Positions 25,200-40,350 of a DNA stretch of 64,000 nt are shown here, in pieces; positions within the stretch are counted from its first letter, which is position 1; each line of letters opens with the position of its first letter. The DNA comes from Chiloscyllium plagiosum (taxonomy: Eukaryota), in assembly GCF_004010195.1 (NCBI RefSeq), contig NC_057719.1:87780681-87844680 (forward strand), written 5' to 3'. The notes beneath the pieces are model-generated. The model had not been told where the DNA came from. It made no database searches and saw nothing but the letters and a program-made list of their open reading frames with translations. The position numbers were made by a program, and so were the translations under genes.

Positions 25200-25960
25200 A
25201 AAAAGACAGTGTGTGTGGAACTGTATCCCACTGAGAGTCAGTGTGAGTGTGTGGGAGCTGTACCACAGTGAGTCAGTGTGTGAATGGGACTGTGTCCCAG
25301 TGACAGCCAGTGTGTATATGGGACTGTGTACTAGTGAGAGGCAGTGTGTGTATGGGACTGTGTCCCAGTGAGAGTCAGTGCGTATATGGGACTGTGTACT
25401 AGTGAGAGGCAGTGTGTGAATGGGACTGTGTCCCAGTGAGAGTCAGCCTGTATATGGGACTGTGCCCCAGTGAGAGTTAGTGTGTGAATGGGACTGTGTG
25501 CCAGTGAGAGTCAGTCTGTATATGGGACTGTGTCCCAGTGAGAGTTAGTGTGTGAATGGGACTGTGTGCCAGTGAGAGTCAGTCTGTATATGGGACTGTG
25601 CCCCAGTGAGAGTCAGTGCGTATATGGGACTGTGCCCCAGTGAGAGTCAGTCTGTATATGGGACTGTGCCCCAGTGAGAGTTAGTGTGTATATGGGACTG
25701 AGTCCCAGTGAGAGTCAGTGCGTATATGGGACTGTGCCCCAGTGAGAGTCAGTCTGTATATGGGACTGTGCCCCAGTGAGAGTCAGTCTGTATATGGGAC
25801 TGTGTCCCAGTGAGAGTCAGTGTGTATATGGGACTGTGTCCCAGTGAGAGGCAGTGTGTGAATGGGAATGTGCCCCAGTGAGAGTCAGTCTGTATATGGG
25901 ACTGTGTGCCAGTGAGAGTCAGTCTGTATATGGGACTGTGTACTAGTGAGAGTCAGTATT
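25200..25960. repeat. 32-bp minisatellite (GTGTATATGGGACTGTGTCCCAGTGAGAGTCA)
   Basis: About 20 tandem units, starting ~110 bp downstream of the PAK stop codon. Confidence 0.95.
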
Positions 25961-26071
25961 TGTGGGTCCAGCCTCCATCTCTTCTTTTGGTACAAACCTT
26001 GCACCCGGAGCATTGACCTTCTGAGGACAGAGTGACACATTCCCATGGAACTGTGAAGTCTTCCAGCATCT

Positions 26072-26317
<246 letters not shown>

Positions 26318-26894
26318 TCACAGAGGCACCACCCACACAGGCATCACACATGTGTTTGAGGAGAGCAGAGCTAATTCCCACCTGGGGCTCAGGAGGGAAA
26401 ACTGGGTGGCCGGGGTTTTGGTGATTATCAGTTGAGGGGTGACCTGCAGGCACTGAGAGTGGTGGGGGTGGAGGTGGGGGGGTTGTGGAACAGTAGGAAT
26501 CCGCAAAGAAATGGACAAGGACAAACAGAACAGCCAATGGTCTCTTGGTCTGAGAACAGAGGAGGAGGCCATTGACCTCTTTGACACCATTCAACAAGAT
26601 CATAGATAATCTTCTAAACCATTTCTCTCACTATCCCTGTATACCTTGACGCGTTTAATATGTGAAAAAATCTATCAATCTCAGTCTTGAATATATTCAA
26701 TGACGAAGCTTCCAAGGTCTCTGGTGTGGAGTATCCCATAGTATCAGCTCCACTGAGTGAAGAAATTCCTCCTCAGCTCTGTCCCAAAGACCCCTTACTT
26801 TGAAAGCCCCCTGATTCTAGATCCTAGCCAGGGGAAATATTCTTCATGGATCCTCGTGTTTTTACATTTGAAGGAAATCACTTCCCATTCATCG

Positions 26895-28235
26895 TCTTGA
26901 GCTTGATGTCAGTGGTAGGGAAGCGACTGGAGAAGATACTAAGGGATAGGATTATACCCATTTGGAAGAAAATGGGCTTATCAATGATAAGGAGGATAGT
27001 TTTGTGCAGGGAAGGTCATGTCTTACAAACCTAATAGAATTCTTTGAAGAGGTGACAAAGTTGATTGATGACGGAAGGGATGTGGATGTCATAAACATGG
27101 ACTTCAGTATGGCGTTTGATAAGGTTCCCCATGGTAGGCTGATGAAGAAGGTGAAGTCACATGGGGCCCAGGGTGTTCTCGCTGGATGGATAGAGAACTG
27201 GTTGGGCAACTGGAGACAGAGCGTAGTAGTGGAAGGGTGCTTCTCAAAATGGAGACCTGTGACCAGTGGTGTCCCACAGGGATCCATGTTGGGACCAGTG
27301 TTGTTTGTGATATACATAAATGATTTGGAGGAAAGTGTAGGTTGCCTCATTAGCAAGTTTGCAGATGTCACTAAGATTGATGAGTAGCAGATAGTGAAGG
27401 CATCTGTCAGAGAATACAACAGAATATAGATAGATTGGAGAGTTGGGCAGAGAAATGGCAGAAGGAGTTCAATCCGGACAAATACAAGGTGATGCATTTT
27501 GGAAGATTCAATTCCAGAGTGAACTATACAGTAAATGGAAATGTCCTGGGGAAAATTGGTAAAGAGATCGGGGTGTTCAGATCGATTGCTCCCTGAAGGT
27601 GGCAACTCAGGTCAGTAGAGTGGTCAAGAAGGCATACTGCAGGCTTTCCTTCATTGGATGGGGTATTGAGTACAAGAGTTAGCAGGTCATGTTACAATTG
27701 TTTAAGACTTTGGTTCGGCCACATTTGGAATACTGAGTACAGTTCTGGTCGCCACATGACCAAAAGGATGTCGATGCTTTGGAGAGGGTGCCGAGGAGGT
27801 TCACTACGATGCTGCCTGGTATGGAGGGTGCTTGCTATGAGGGGAGGTTGAGTGGATTAGGATTATTTTCATTGGAAAGAAGGAGATTGAGGGAGTACCT
27901 AAATGAGGCCTACAAATTCATGAGAGGTGTATTTAGGGTGGATAGCAAGAAACTTTTTCCCACAGTGGAGGACTCAATTATTAGGGGTCATGAGTTCAAA
28001 GTGAGAGGGGAACAGTTTAGGGGAGATATACTTGGAAAATTCTTTACGAGGAGGGTGGTGCTGCCTGGAATGTGTTGCCAGCAGAGGTGGTAGAGGCAGG
28101 AACGATAGCATAATTTAAGATGAATCTAGTCAGATACATGAATGGGCAGGGAGCAAAGGGACACAGGCAGCAGGTTTAGATAGAGGATCGGCGCAGGCTT
28201 GGAGGGCTGAAGGGCCTGTTCCTGTTCTTTGTTCT
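26895..28235 (+). mobile_element. CR1 LINE (RT domain to 3' end), with stops
   Basis: [49 protein letters not shown]1 tail. Confidence 0.92.
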
Positions 28236-29409
28236 AAACTCCAGAGAATATACTACCGGTCTATTTCATCTTGCTCTTTGGATGATCTCTCCATCCAAGG
28301 AGTTAGTTCAATGAAGCTTTGCTGCACTCTTTCCATGACCACTATTTCTTTCCTGAGGTAAGGAGATATGGGTTGCACGGTAGCTCAGTGGTTAGCAGTG
28401 CTGCCACACAGTGCCAGGAACATTCTTCCTGTGTTAGTGCAGGTTTCCTCCAGGTGCTTCAGTTTTCTCCCACAGTCCAAAGATGTGCAGGTTAGGTAGA
28501 TTGGCCTTGGGAAATGTGGGGTGAGAGGGATGGGGTGGGTCTGGGAGGGATACTCTGTGGAGAGTCCCTGTGAACTTGATGTTCGAATGGGCTGCTTCCA
28601 CACTGTGATGATTCAATGCAAAAGTGCACACAATATTCCAAGTGTGGTTTCACTAAGGTGCTATTTAATTGCAATAAGATACCTTTGTTCCCACACTTAA
28701 ATCCTCTAAAATAAAGACCAGTATGTTACCTCCCATCTCAGTGACAACGTACCTGAGGTTTTGCCACTTGTTCGGTGGTGGGGGGGGAAGACATTGGAAG
28801 GAGTCGGGGCAGTTTTGGAACAAAGATGAACAGCATACTGGAAATATTTTATTGGGACAAAAGCACCAAAGGTGAAGGATGATTAACAGATTGGCAATCT
28901 CGTAGAAAGTGGAGGTTAGGATATTGGCTAGGAATATGCAGGGAGACCACAATGTGACTTGATAAGGACTGGCACATCACTGTATGCACACAAATGCTGC
29001 AGTACGGTAGATTGTAGATGTAATGGGACTCCTTACATTCTGTACTGAAGGAAGCGTAATGTCCAATCTGAACGGCAATGCATGTAATGTATTCCCATCA
29101 CCCAGGCCAGCACTCTCTGAATATCCTGTAAAATACCACGTGTACACAATCTGGGCAAATCAGAACAGCCAGTTAAACCCTAGTAGCAAGCTCAGTATTG
29201 ACTGCCCCAAACAGTACCTGTTCCACAGGGTGTGCCTCTGTGAGAAATTCCTTCTGATGCTTTAGCTCCATGTATCTTGTGGAATTTGTGTCCCAGAGTC
29301 ACTATGTGTGGCACTGTACAGCACTCAGTACAAATGCCCCTGATCTAGCCCAGTCTGGTACAGTGAGTGTGGACTCCGTGTGCAGACATAGTCTGGAACA
29401 GTGACTGGG

Positions 29410-30860
29410 GTAGAACATAGACAGAGCATAGAAAATACAGCACAGAACAGGCCCTTTGGCCCATGATGTTGTGCCGAGGTCTAATCCTAATGTGAAATAT
29501 AGTAACTTAACCTATGCACCCCTCAACTCACTGCTATCCATGTGCATGTCCAGCAATCGCTTAAATGTCCCCAATGACTCTGCTTCCACCACCACAGCTG
29601 GTAACGCATTCCATGCATTCACAACTCTCTGTGTAAAGAACCTATCTCTGACATCTCCTTTATACCTTCCTCCTAATATCTTCAAACTATGACTCCTCAT
29701 ACCAGTCAAACCTGCCCTGGGGAAAAGTCTCTGGCCATTGACTCTATCTATTTCACTCATTATCTTGTATACCTCAATCAGGTCTCCTCTCTTCCTCCTT
29801 CTCTCCAGAGAGAAAAGTCCGAGCTTATTCAACCTTTCTTCATAAGACAAGCCCTTCAGGCCAGGCAGCATCCTGGTAAACCTTTCTTTGCACCCTCTCC
29901 AAAGCCTCTGTATCTTTCTTATAATAAGGCGACCAGAACTGGACATTGTATTCCAAGTGTGGTCTCACCAATAAGACAAGCCCTTCAGGCCAGGCAGCAT
30001 CCTGGTAAACCTTTCTTTGCACCCTCTCCAAAGCCTCTGTATCTTTCCTATAATAAGGCGACCAGAACTGGACATTGTATTCCAAGTGTGGTCTCACTTG
30101 TAGAGCTGTAGCAAAACCTCGCAGCTCTTAAACCCGATCCCCCTGTTAATGAAGGCCAAAACACCATATGCTTTCTTAACAACCAATATCTTGTATCTAT
30201 GTACTTGCACACCCAGATCCCTCTGTTCCTCCACATTGCCAAGAAAAATGCATCACTTTGCATTTATCCAGGTTGAACTCCATCTGCCATTTCTCAGCAC
30301 AGCTCTGCATCCTGTCTATGTCGCACTGCAGCCTGCAGTAGCCCTCTACTCTATCGATGACACCTCCAACCTTTGTGTCATCTGCAAATTTACTAACCCA
30401 CCCCTTAACGTCCTCATCCAAGTCATTTATGAAACCTACAAACAGCAGAGGCCTAAGTACAGAGCCCTGTGGGACCCCACTCAACACTGACCTCCAGGCA
30501 GAATACTTTCCATCTACAACCACTCTCTGCCTTCTGTCAGCCAGCCAATTCTGAATCCAGATAGCCAAATCTCACTGTATCCCATACTTCCTGACTTTAT
30601 GAATGAGTCTACCATGGGGAACCTTTTCAAGTGCCTTGCTGAAGTCTATATACACCACATCAACTGCTCGACCTTCGTCGACCTGTCTTGTCATCTCCTC
30701 AAAGAACTCAGTAAGATTTGTGAGACATGACCTGCCCCTCACAAAGCAATGCTGACTGCCTCTAATCACACTATGCTTTGCCAAATAGTTATAAATCCTA
30801 TCCCTCAGAATTCTTTCCAAAACTTTGCTGACCACAGACATAAGACTGACATTTTGCTGA
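29410..30860 (-). mobile_element. CR1 LINE (RT to 3' end) with ~128-bp internal tandem duplication
   Basis: SGVPQGSVL, FINDLD, KFADDTK. 29842-29969 is repeated at 29970-30097. Confidence 0.92.
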
Positions 30861-31444
30861 CCACAGACATAGAACAGTGAATTCCAAGCTTCTTTGTTGA
30901 AAGCACTGTCCACTGTTTTTAGATAATAGCTCCCTCCAACCCCTACCTAAAGAATAATACTAAGTATTTAAATCTGCTGCTATCAAATTTCTAAATTATC
31001 TAGTAGAAGAATATTTAAAATCTTATCAATTTTCTACATATTAGGAAACAGTGTCACTTGTGCATTCAGCTGGATGTAGTGAGTCAGAGATGAAAGTAAT
31101 GATTGAGACGGACTGAGACACATATCTCTTGTTGTGTGATCCACAGTTTGGGTATGAAAGGAGGGTCTCGTTGTGCGGGATGAGGCTGCAATACTTCATC
31201 AATAGACGTTTTGTGGACAGCATTTGGAAACATAGCTGGGACAGTGATGCTGAGGTGTTGTGAGGCAGTGTTACATACTTCCCCATATAGGAATACATAG
31301 CAACCCCAAGAAGAATGGGAGGGGGAATCATCACTGATCTATTTTTGTTATTTTGATGCAAATTGAAGGTACCAGGGTAGTGCCAGAGCTTTTCTTCTGA
31401 TTAGAAATAGGCCATTCAGCCCTTCGGGCCTGTCCCACCATTTA

Positions 31445-33675
31445 TAACATAGAACAGAGAACAGTATAGCACAGTACAGGCCTTTTAGCCCTTGATATTA
31501 TGCCGACTTTTTATCCTACTCTAAGATTAAACAAACCTACGCACCATTCATTGTACTATCTTCTGTTTGCATATCCAAGAGCCGCTTAAATGTCCCTAAT
31601 GTAACTGACTCTACTGCCACTTCTGGCAGTGCATTCCATGGACCGACCACTCTCTGTGTAGCTCTGACCTTCCCCCAAACACCTTAAAATTATGGCCCCT
31701 TGTGATAGCCATTTCCACCCTAGGGAAAAGTCTCTGGCTATCCACTCTAACTGTGCCACTCATCATCTTATACACATCTATCAAGTCACCTCTCATCCTT
31801 CTTCACTCCAATGAGAAAAGCCCTAGCTCCCTCAACCTTTCTTCATAAGACATGCCCTCCAGTGCAGGCAACATCCTGGTAAATCTCCTCTGCAACCTCT
31901 CTAAAGCTTCTAGATCCTTCCTATAATGAGGCAGCCAGAAATGAACACAATATTCCAAGTGTGGTCTAACCAGGACTCTATAGAGCTGCAACATAACCTC
32001 GTGACTCTTAGACGTAATCCCCTGCTACTGAAAGCCAACACACCATATGCCTTCTTAATAACTCTATCAACGTGGGTGTCAACTTTGAGGGATCTATGAA
32101 CATGGACCCCAACATCCCTCTGTTCCTCCAAACTGCCAAGAACCCTGCTTTTAACCCTGCAAACTGCATTCATATTTGACCTTCCAAAATGAATCACTTC
32201 ACACTTTCCAGGTTGAACTCCATCAGCCACTTCTCAGCCGAGTTCTGCATCTTGTCAATGTCCTGTTGCAACCTACAACAGCCCTCCACACTATCCACCA
32301 CTCCACTAACCTTCATGTCATTGGCAAACTTACTAACCCACCCTTCCACTTTGTCATCCAAATCATTTATAAAGATCAGAAAGAGCGGAGGTCCCAGAAC
32401 CTATCCCTGTGGAACACCACTGGTCACCAAGCTCCAGGCTGAATACTTTCCATTTACTACAACCCTCTGTCTTCTATGGGCCAGTCAATTCTGTATCCAG
32501 ATAACCAGTTTTCCCTGTATCCTCTGCCTCCTTACCTTCTGAATGAGCCTACCATGGGAACCTTATCAAACACCTTGATACAATCCATGTACACCACATG
32601 CATTGCTCTACCTTCATCAATGTGTTTTAGATTATATTAGATTACTTACAGTGTGGAAACAGGCCCTTCGGCCCAACAAGTCCACACTGCCCCGCCGAAG
32701 CGCAACCCACCCATACCCCTACATGTACCCCTTACCTAACACTACGGGCAATTTAGCATGGCCAATTCACCTGACTGTGGGAGGAAACCAGAGCACCCGA
32801 AGGAAACCCACGCAGACACGGGGAGAATGTGCAAACTCCACACAGTTAGTCGCCTGAGGCGGAAATTGAACCCGGGTCTCTGGCCACTGTGCCATTGGAT
32901 AGGTATATGGAGGATAGTGGGTTAGTGTAGTTTAGGTGGGCTTGGATCGGCGCAACATCGAGGGCCCAAGGGCCTGTACTGCGCTGTATTCTTCTATGTT
33001 CTATGTTCTATGTGCCGCCCACTACATCCTCAAAGTTTTGTTACATCCTCAAAGAATTCAGTAAGGTTTGTGAGGCATGACCTGCCCCTCACAATGCCAT
33101 GCTGACCATCTCTAATCAAACTAACCTCCAAGTAATCATAAATTCTGTCTCTCAAAATCCTCTCCAATAATTTGCCCACCACAGACGTAAGACTGGTTGG
33201 TCTGTAGTTATCCCTATTTCCTTTCTTGAACAAGGGAATAACATTTTCCACCCTCCAATCTACTCCAGTGGACAGTGAGGACGCAAAGATCATTTCCAAA
33301 GATGCAGCAATCTCTTACCTCACCTCCTGAGTATGGCCCGGGGACTTATCTATCCTTATGCTTTTCAGATTTCTAGCACATCCTCCTTCTTAACATCGAC
33401 ATGTTTGAGCATATCAGTCTGTTTCAAACCGTCCTCACAAACACCAACGTCTCTCTCAGTAGTGAATACTGAAGCAAATTATTAATTAAGGACCTTCTCT
33501 ACCTCCTCCAACTCCAGATACACATTCCCTCCACTATCCCTGATCGGCCCTACCCTCTCTCTCTGGCAATCTTCTTGTTCTTCACATAAGTGTAAAATGC
33601 CTTGGGGCTTTCCTTAATCCTACCCACTAAAGCATATTCATGCCCCCTTCTAGCTCTCCTAAGTCCATTCTTCAG
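31445..33675 (-). mobile_element. CR1 LINE with nested SINE (~32628-33022) and a CR1 3' piece
   Basis: RT motifs in ORFs 33030-33299, 31803-31994 and 31611-31796. Confidence 0.9.
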
Positions 33676-33929
33676 AGGGTGATAGTAGATAGGAAGTATT
33701 CAGCCTGGAGCTCAGTGGACAGTGGTGTTCGATAGGGATCTGATCTAGGACCTCTGCTCTTTCTGACATTTATAAATGACTTTGATGATGAAGTGGAAGG
33801 GTGGGTTAGTAAGTTTGCTGATGCCACAGAGGTTGGTGGAGTAATGGATAGTGTGGAGGGCTGTTGTAGGTTGCAATAGGACATTTAGTTCAATTTAATG
33901 AGATAATGGATGATCTACGGCTTAACCCC

Positions 33930-36900
33930 ATTTTTAAAAATACACTTGCAGACTGGGGCATCACTGGCTGTGTCAGCACTTATTTCCCATCCCTAGCTGC
34001 CCTTGAGAAGGTGGTGGTGAGCTATCTTTATAAGCCACTGCAGTCCGTCTGCTGTTGTTTGACCCACAATGCCCTTAGAGAGGGAATTCCAGAATTTTGA
34101 CCCAGCGACAGTGAAAGAATGGCAATATATTTCCAAGTGAGGATGGTGAGTAACTTGGAGGGGAACTTGCAGTGGTGGTGTTCCCATGTATCTGCTGCCC
34201 TTGTCCTTCTAGATGGAAGTGGTCATTGGTTTGAAAGGTGCTGTCTAAGCATCTTTGGTGACTTTCTGCAGTGTGGCTTGTAGATGGTACACACTGCTGC
34301 CACTGAGTGGTGGAGAAAGAGGATCTATGTAGATTTGGTGCCAATCAATCAGGAGCAAGAGTAACAGGGTAGTTATTAGGGGGACTTTAACTTCCCCAAT
34401 ATTGACTGGGAATACTATAATTCAAGTAGTTTAGATGGGTCAGCAGGAGGGTTTTCTGACACAGTATGTAGACAGGTCAACAAGGGGCAATGCCATATTG
34501 GATTTGGTACTGGGGAATGAACCCAGCTAGGTGTTAGATTTGGAGGTAGATGAGCACTTTGGCGATAGTGACCATAATTCGGTTATGTTTACAGTAGCAA
34601 TGGGCAGGGAAAGAGGTTTAACTGGGGAAAGGCAATTATGATGCGATTAGGCAAGATTTAGGATGCATAGGATGGGGAAGGAAACTATGTGGAGCTTATT
34701 CAAGGAACAGCCACTGTGGGTCCTTGATAGGTATGTACCTGTCAGGCAGAGAGATAGTTGCTGAGAGAGGGAGCCATAGTTTACTAAAGAAGCTGAAACT
34801 CTTGTCAAGAGGAAGAAGAAGGCTTATGTGAGGATGAGGTGTAAAGGCTCAGTTAGTGGGCTAAAGAGTTATAAGTTAGCCAGAAAAGATAGGGCTAAGA
34901 AGAGCCAGGAGGGTACATGAGAAGTTGTTGGCGGATAGGATTAGGAAAACCGTAAGGTATACCAGAAATAAAAGAATGACTAGAGTAAGATGAGGGCCAA
35001 TCAAATATCGGAAAATAGTGTGTGGAATCTGAGGACATAGGGGAAGCGCTGCATGAATACTTTTTGTCAGTATTCATGTTGGAAAAGGGCAATGTTAGTG
35101 AGAATACAGAGATACAGGCTACTAGATTAGATGGGATTGAGATTGACAAAGAGGAGGTTTTAGCAATAAGACCCCTGAGCCGGATGGGATTTAACCTCGG
35201 ATTCTCTGGGAAGTCAGGGAGGAGATTGCAGAGCCTTTGTCTTTGATTTTGATGTCATCATTGTTGACAGGAGTAATGCCAGAAGACTGGAGAATAGCAA
35301 ATGTTGTCCCTAGTTAGAAGAAGGAAAGTCGAGACAACCCTGGTAATTATAGACCAGTGAGCCTTACTTCAGTTGTGGGTAAGGTATTGGAAAAGATTAT
35401 AAGAGATAGGATTTATAATCATCTATAATTATTAGAGATAGTCAACACGGTTTTGTGAAGGGTAGGTCTTGCCTCTATAACCTTATTGAGTTCTTCGAGA
35501 AGGTGACAAAACAAGTGGATGAAGGTAAAGTGGTTGATGTGGTGTATATGGACCTCAATAAGGTGTTTGATAAGGTTCCACACGGTAGGCTATTGCACAA
35601 AATACAGAGTTTTGGGATTGAAGGTGATTTCACGATTTGGATCAGAAATTGGCTAGCTGAGAGATGACAGAAGGTGGTGGTTGATGGGAAATGTTCATCC
35701 TGCAGCTCAGTTACCAGTGATGTGCCACAAGGATCTATTTTGGGGTCACTGCTATTTGTCATTTTTATCAATTATCTGGATGTGGGCATAGAAGGATGGG
35801 TTAGTAAATTTGCAGATGGCACTAAGGTAGGCAGAGTTGTAGATAGTGCTGAAGGATGGTGTGGGTTACAGAGGGACATAGATAAGGTGCAGACCTGGGC
35901 TGAGAAGTGGCAAATGGAGTTTAATGGGGGAAAAGTGTGAGGTAGCTCAATTCGGCAGAAATAACAGGAATGCAGAGTAGTGCTAATGGTAAAATTCTTG
36001 GCAGTGTAGATGAACAGAGAGAAGTTGGTGTCCAGGTGCATAAACCCCTGAAAGTTGTCACCAAGGTTGATAGGGTTGTTAAGAAGGCATATGGTGTGTT
36101 GGTGTTTATTGGTAGGGGAATTGATTTTAGGAGTCATGCGGTCATGCTTCACTGTACAAGACACTGGTAAGGCTGCACCTGGAGTATTGCGTGCAGTTCT
36201 GGTCACCACATTATACGAAAGTGTTCAGAGGAGATTTACTAGGATGTTGCCTGGTACGGAAGGAAGGTCTTATAAGGAAAGGCTGAGAGAACTGAGGCTG
36301 TTTTCGTTGGAGAGAAGAAGATTGAGAGGTGACCTAATCGAGAAGTATAAGATAATCAGAGAGTTAGATAGGGTGGACAGTGAGAGCCTTTTTCCTTGGA
36401 TGGTGAAGGCTAACACGAGGGGGCATAACTTTACATTGAGGGGTGATAGATTTAGGACAGATATTAAGGTAGTTTCTTCACTCAGAGAGTAGTAGGGGTG
36501 TGGAACGGCTTGCCTCCAACAGTAGTAGACTTGCTGATGTTAAAGGCATTTAAATGGGCATTAGAAATACATATGGATAATAATGAAACGGTGTAGGTTG
36601 ATGCACATCAGATTATTTTCACAGGTTGAGCAACATCGAGAGCCGAAGCGCCTGTACTGTGCTGTAACGTTCTATGTTCTACGTTGTTTTGTCCTGGATG
36701 GTGTCAAGCTTCTTGACATTCCTGACTTGTGCCTTGTAGGTAGTGGATAGGCTTTAGGGAGACAGGAAATGGGTTACTCGCTGCAGGATCCTAGCCTTTG
36801 ACCTGCTCTAGTAGTCACTGTGTTTATGTGGCAAGTCCAACGGAGTTTGTAGCCAAGGGTAATCCCAAAGATGTTGATAGTGGGGGATTCAGTGATGGTA

Positions 36901-36990
36901 ACACTATTGAATGCTAAGCGGCAGTGTGGTTAGATTGTCTCTTATTGGAGATGATGATAGTGTGGCATTGGTGTGGTGTGAACGTTACTG
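33930..36990. mobile_element. L2/CR1-type LINE (minus; 33930-34330 and 36685-36990) interrupted by a ~2.3-kb CR1 (plus; 34330-36680)
   Basis: The inner element runs from endonuclease (GDFNFPNIDW) through RT (KFADGTK) to a (TTCTATG)n-like tail. The outer halves belong to the family also seen at 57800-58200. Confidence 0.85.
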
Positions 36991-38269
36991 CATTTGGTCC
37001 ATATCCCTTAATACCTTTGCTGAATAAAAATGTATTTAAAATTGACTAACCCTGCATCCACTTTTATTTGTGGAAGAGAGACCCACTCCATTAATGGGGG
37101 CTCAGCCCACAGTGTGTCACAGGGTGGAATCCATCTCATCAGAACACATTCTGATATAGGCACCAACCCCTATTCCAGTTACACATTTCTAACTCAACTT
37201 AGAAAGTAGTTTCTGATATCTAAAGTTCTGGCACAAGATCGTGAATGAGCTCAACTTGAAAGTAGTGCCTCCCTAGTGATGTATTCACTAGAGTTGATTT
37301 GTCTGTCTACCCGGCGGAAGTCCCTCATAATTCTAACTCTCTCATTGAAACCCATTCCTCTCTATCTGACTCCCTCCCCTTCACCACTGCAGGCTTCTGC
37401 ACACTCAGCATTGATTCTCATCCTCCCCATTCTCTCACTGACTGAACCATATTGATAAAACCAATATCATGACTCTAATCCCCATCTTCGTATAAGTCCC
37501 ATCTCAGGGTGTGTTCATCACCGTGCTCCAAATCCCTGTAGCCTCCTCAAGCCCTGGACCTCCTCACCTTCCAGTTCTCTGAATCCCACCCTCCCTTTGC
37601 CTCATTATTGCAAAGAAGCCTTAACAGCCACAGCCTGGTATTTACTCTTTAAACCCCCTCCGGCAGAGGAGAAATATTATACCAATGCTTCCATCCCCCA
37701 CTCCCTCCCACCAAGGTTTTACCATTTAACAGTGGGTGGAAGAGCTGTCCACCTCATTCTCCCTTTCCCCAGACATATAGGTCTCTATTCTGATTAATTT
37801 TGACTCAGAAACAGTCCAGTACAGAATAGATTTTTTGTAAAATATCAATGGCATCTGTAATCAGGTTTAAGAATGCTTGATAAGGTCTTTTAAGCATTTG
37901 TATCAATTGTTAAGGGATCAAATACAAATTTCTTAGCCTAAAAGAGATACTGGCTCACAGGGCCTGACACCCGCTGGCCTGGAGACAGTGCCAATCAGAA
38001 GGAAGTTAAAACCAAAATCATGCAGCTTGCAGGCATAAAGGAAAGCTGTGAGTAAAAGGGAGATGTTACAAGCAGGAGAGCTGAGTGTGAAGGTCGTCAG
38101 CATATGGATGCAACCATGAAGAGAAAGTAGGCAGAGATAGAAGGATTGGAGGGAAGAAAGAAATCCCTCTCAGTCAGTTTTTCTCGATGATAGAAATGAA
38201 GACAGCAGATCGACAGGTACTGTGTGTGCTGGCTAAATTTAAACTGCCAGAGAAGTGATACTGAGTAAA

Positions 38270-39130
38270 TGGTTGAGACTGTGGGCTGACAAATACCTGG
38301 GTCGAGGTGGACTTCATCCTAGGGTCTTAAAGAAAGTGGCTGGTGAGATAGTTGATGTGCTGGTTTTAATTATTCAAAACTCCCTAGATTTGGGACAGGG
38401 CCATTAGATTTCAAGATAGCAAATGCAATTCTTTTATTCAAAAAGGCAGGGAGGCAGAAAGCAGGAAACCACAGGCTAGTTAGCTTTACACCTGTCATAG
38501 GAAAAATGTCAGTAAAAATGTTATAATAGTGCATTTGGGTAGATTTAAGGTAATCAAGAAGAGCCAATATGGTTTTGTCAAAATGAAGTCACTTTTAACC
38601 ATCTGTGGGAGTTATTTCAGAGGAAGTAACATGCTATGGATTGAAGAGGGAACTATACTAGCTACATATCTGGAGCACTGTGAACAGCATTGCTCACCTT
38701 ATTTATGGAAGATATCAATTCGTTGGATGCAATTCAGAGAGGGCTCACGACATTAATACCTGAAATGGGTGGATTATCTCAATGGCGGTATGGCTTGTAT
38801 CTGCTAGAGTCTAAAAGTGTAAGAGGGGACTAGAGATGATATTTCCTTGTGGAGACTCTAGAACTCAGGGGTCATTGTTCCAAAGTAAGAGGTTGACCTT
38901 AAAACAGAAAAGAGACAAAGTTTTGTTGCACGTTTTTGGAACTCACTTGCTGAAAATGCTGATGGTAACAGAGCCCGTGGATATTTTTAAGGCAGAGATA
39001 GATAGATTCTTGCTAAGCAAGGGGGTGAAAGGTAGCCAGGGAGACGGATTTGAGGTCCCAATCAGATCAGCCATGATCTTACTGAATAGTGGAACAAGAT
39101 CAAATGGCTTACTTCTGTTCTTTGGTTGCT
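38270..39130 (+). mobile_element. Degraded, internally deleted CR1
   Basis: GLHPRVLK, LFKKAGRQKAGNHR, SQYGFVK motifs. Confidence 0.75.
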
Positions 39131-39257
39131 CATAGTAACTCCCATGTGTTTCATGATTTTGAGGTGAAAGGTTGAATTAGTGAGTCAGACTTAGGACCGA
39201 CCATGTTGATGCCTCACAGGGTAGGGATTTAAGCAAATCTGCCCCATTGAGGCCTCA

Positions 39258-39434
<177 letters not shown>

Positions 39435-39599
39435 CTACAATATGAAGGAGCATTTTACTATTTGTCTCCATTCTCAGATTCCACCAACAGCTGTTGCCAG
39501 CACCAACATGGCAGCTCAGGTTCTGGGCAGTGGAACTATGGATACTCTGTGCCAACCATCCACAAGGCAACACCCTCCCATCGCATAAGAACTTCAGCC

Positions 39600-40350
39600 C
39601 ATTTTGTTTTTTTTATTCATTTTAGGATGTGGGTATCGTTGGCTGGACAAGCATTTATTGCCCATCCCTAGTTGTCCCTTGAGAAGGTGTTGGTGAGCTG
39701 CCTTCTTGACCCGCTGCAGTCCAGGTGTTGCCCTTAGGGAGGGAATTCCAAGGTTTTGATTAGATTAGATTCCCTACAGTATGGAAACAGGCCCTTTTGG
39801 CTCAACAAGTCCATAACCGAACCTGCTGCGCTTTTCCAGCAACACATTTTTCAGCTCTGATCATCAGCATCTGCAGTCCTCACTTTCTCCATACCGAACC
39901 TTCGAAGAGTAACCCACCAAGACCCAGTCCCCTACCCTATATTTATCCCTGACTAATGCACCTAACACTATGGGCAATTTAGCAATTCACCTGACCTGCA
40001 CACCTTTGGATTGTGGGAGGAAACCGGAGTACTCGGAGGAAACCCACGCAGACCCGGGGAGAATGTGCAAACTCCACACAGTGGAGTGTGAAACAGACAG
40101 TCACCCAAGGTGGGATTCGAACCTGGATCCCTGGCACTGTGAGGCAACAGTGCTAAACACTGAGCCACCATGCCGACCATTTGACCATTGAAGGAAAGGT
40201 GATATAGTTCCAAGTCAGGATGGTGAGTGGCTTGGGGGGCAACTTGAAGGTGGTGGTATTCCCATGTACCTACTGCACTTGTCCTTCTAGATGGAAGTAG
40301 TCGTGGGTTCGGAAGGTGCTTCCTAAGAATCTTCTGTAGTGTATCTTCTA
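39600..40350 (-). mobile_element. L2/CR1-type LINE 3' end with nested V-SINE (~39760-40176)
   Basis: Same family as 33930-34330; the SINE carries a PLE-derived piece (39822-39890). Confidence 0.75.

Noticed and set aside
23330..25960. Regular repeats that could be mistaken for CRISPR arrays or repeat proteins (VLQYDL ORFs)
   Set aside because: Head-to-tail minisatellites without unique spacers, in a eukaryotic context with no cas genes.
26952..27605. 217-aa minus-strand ORF and similar ORFs (29689, 32189, 35772)
   Set aside because: Antisense frames of CR1 reverse transcriptase.
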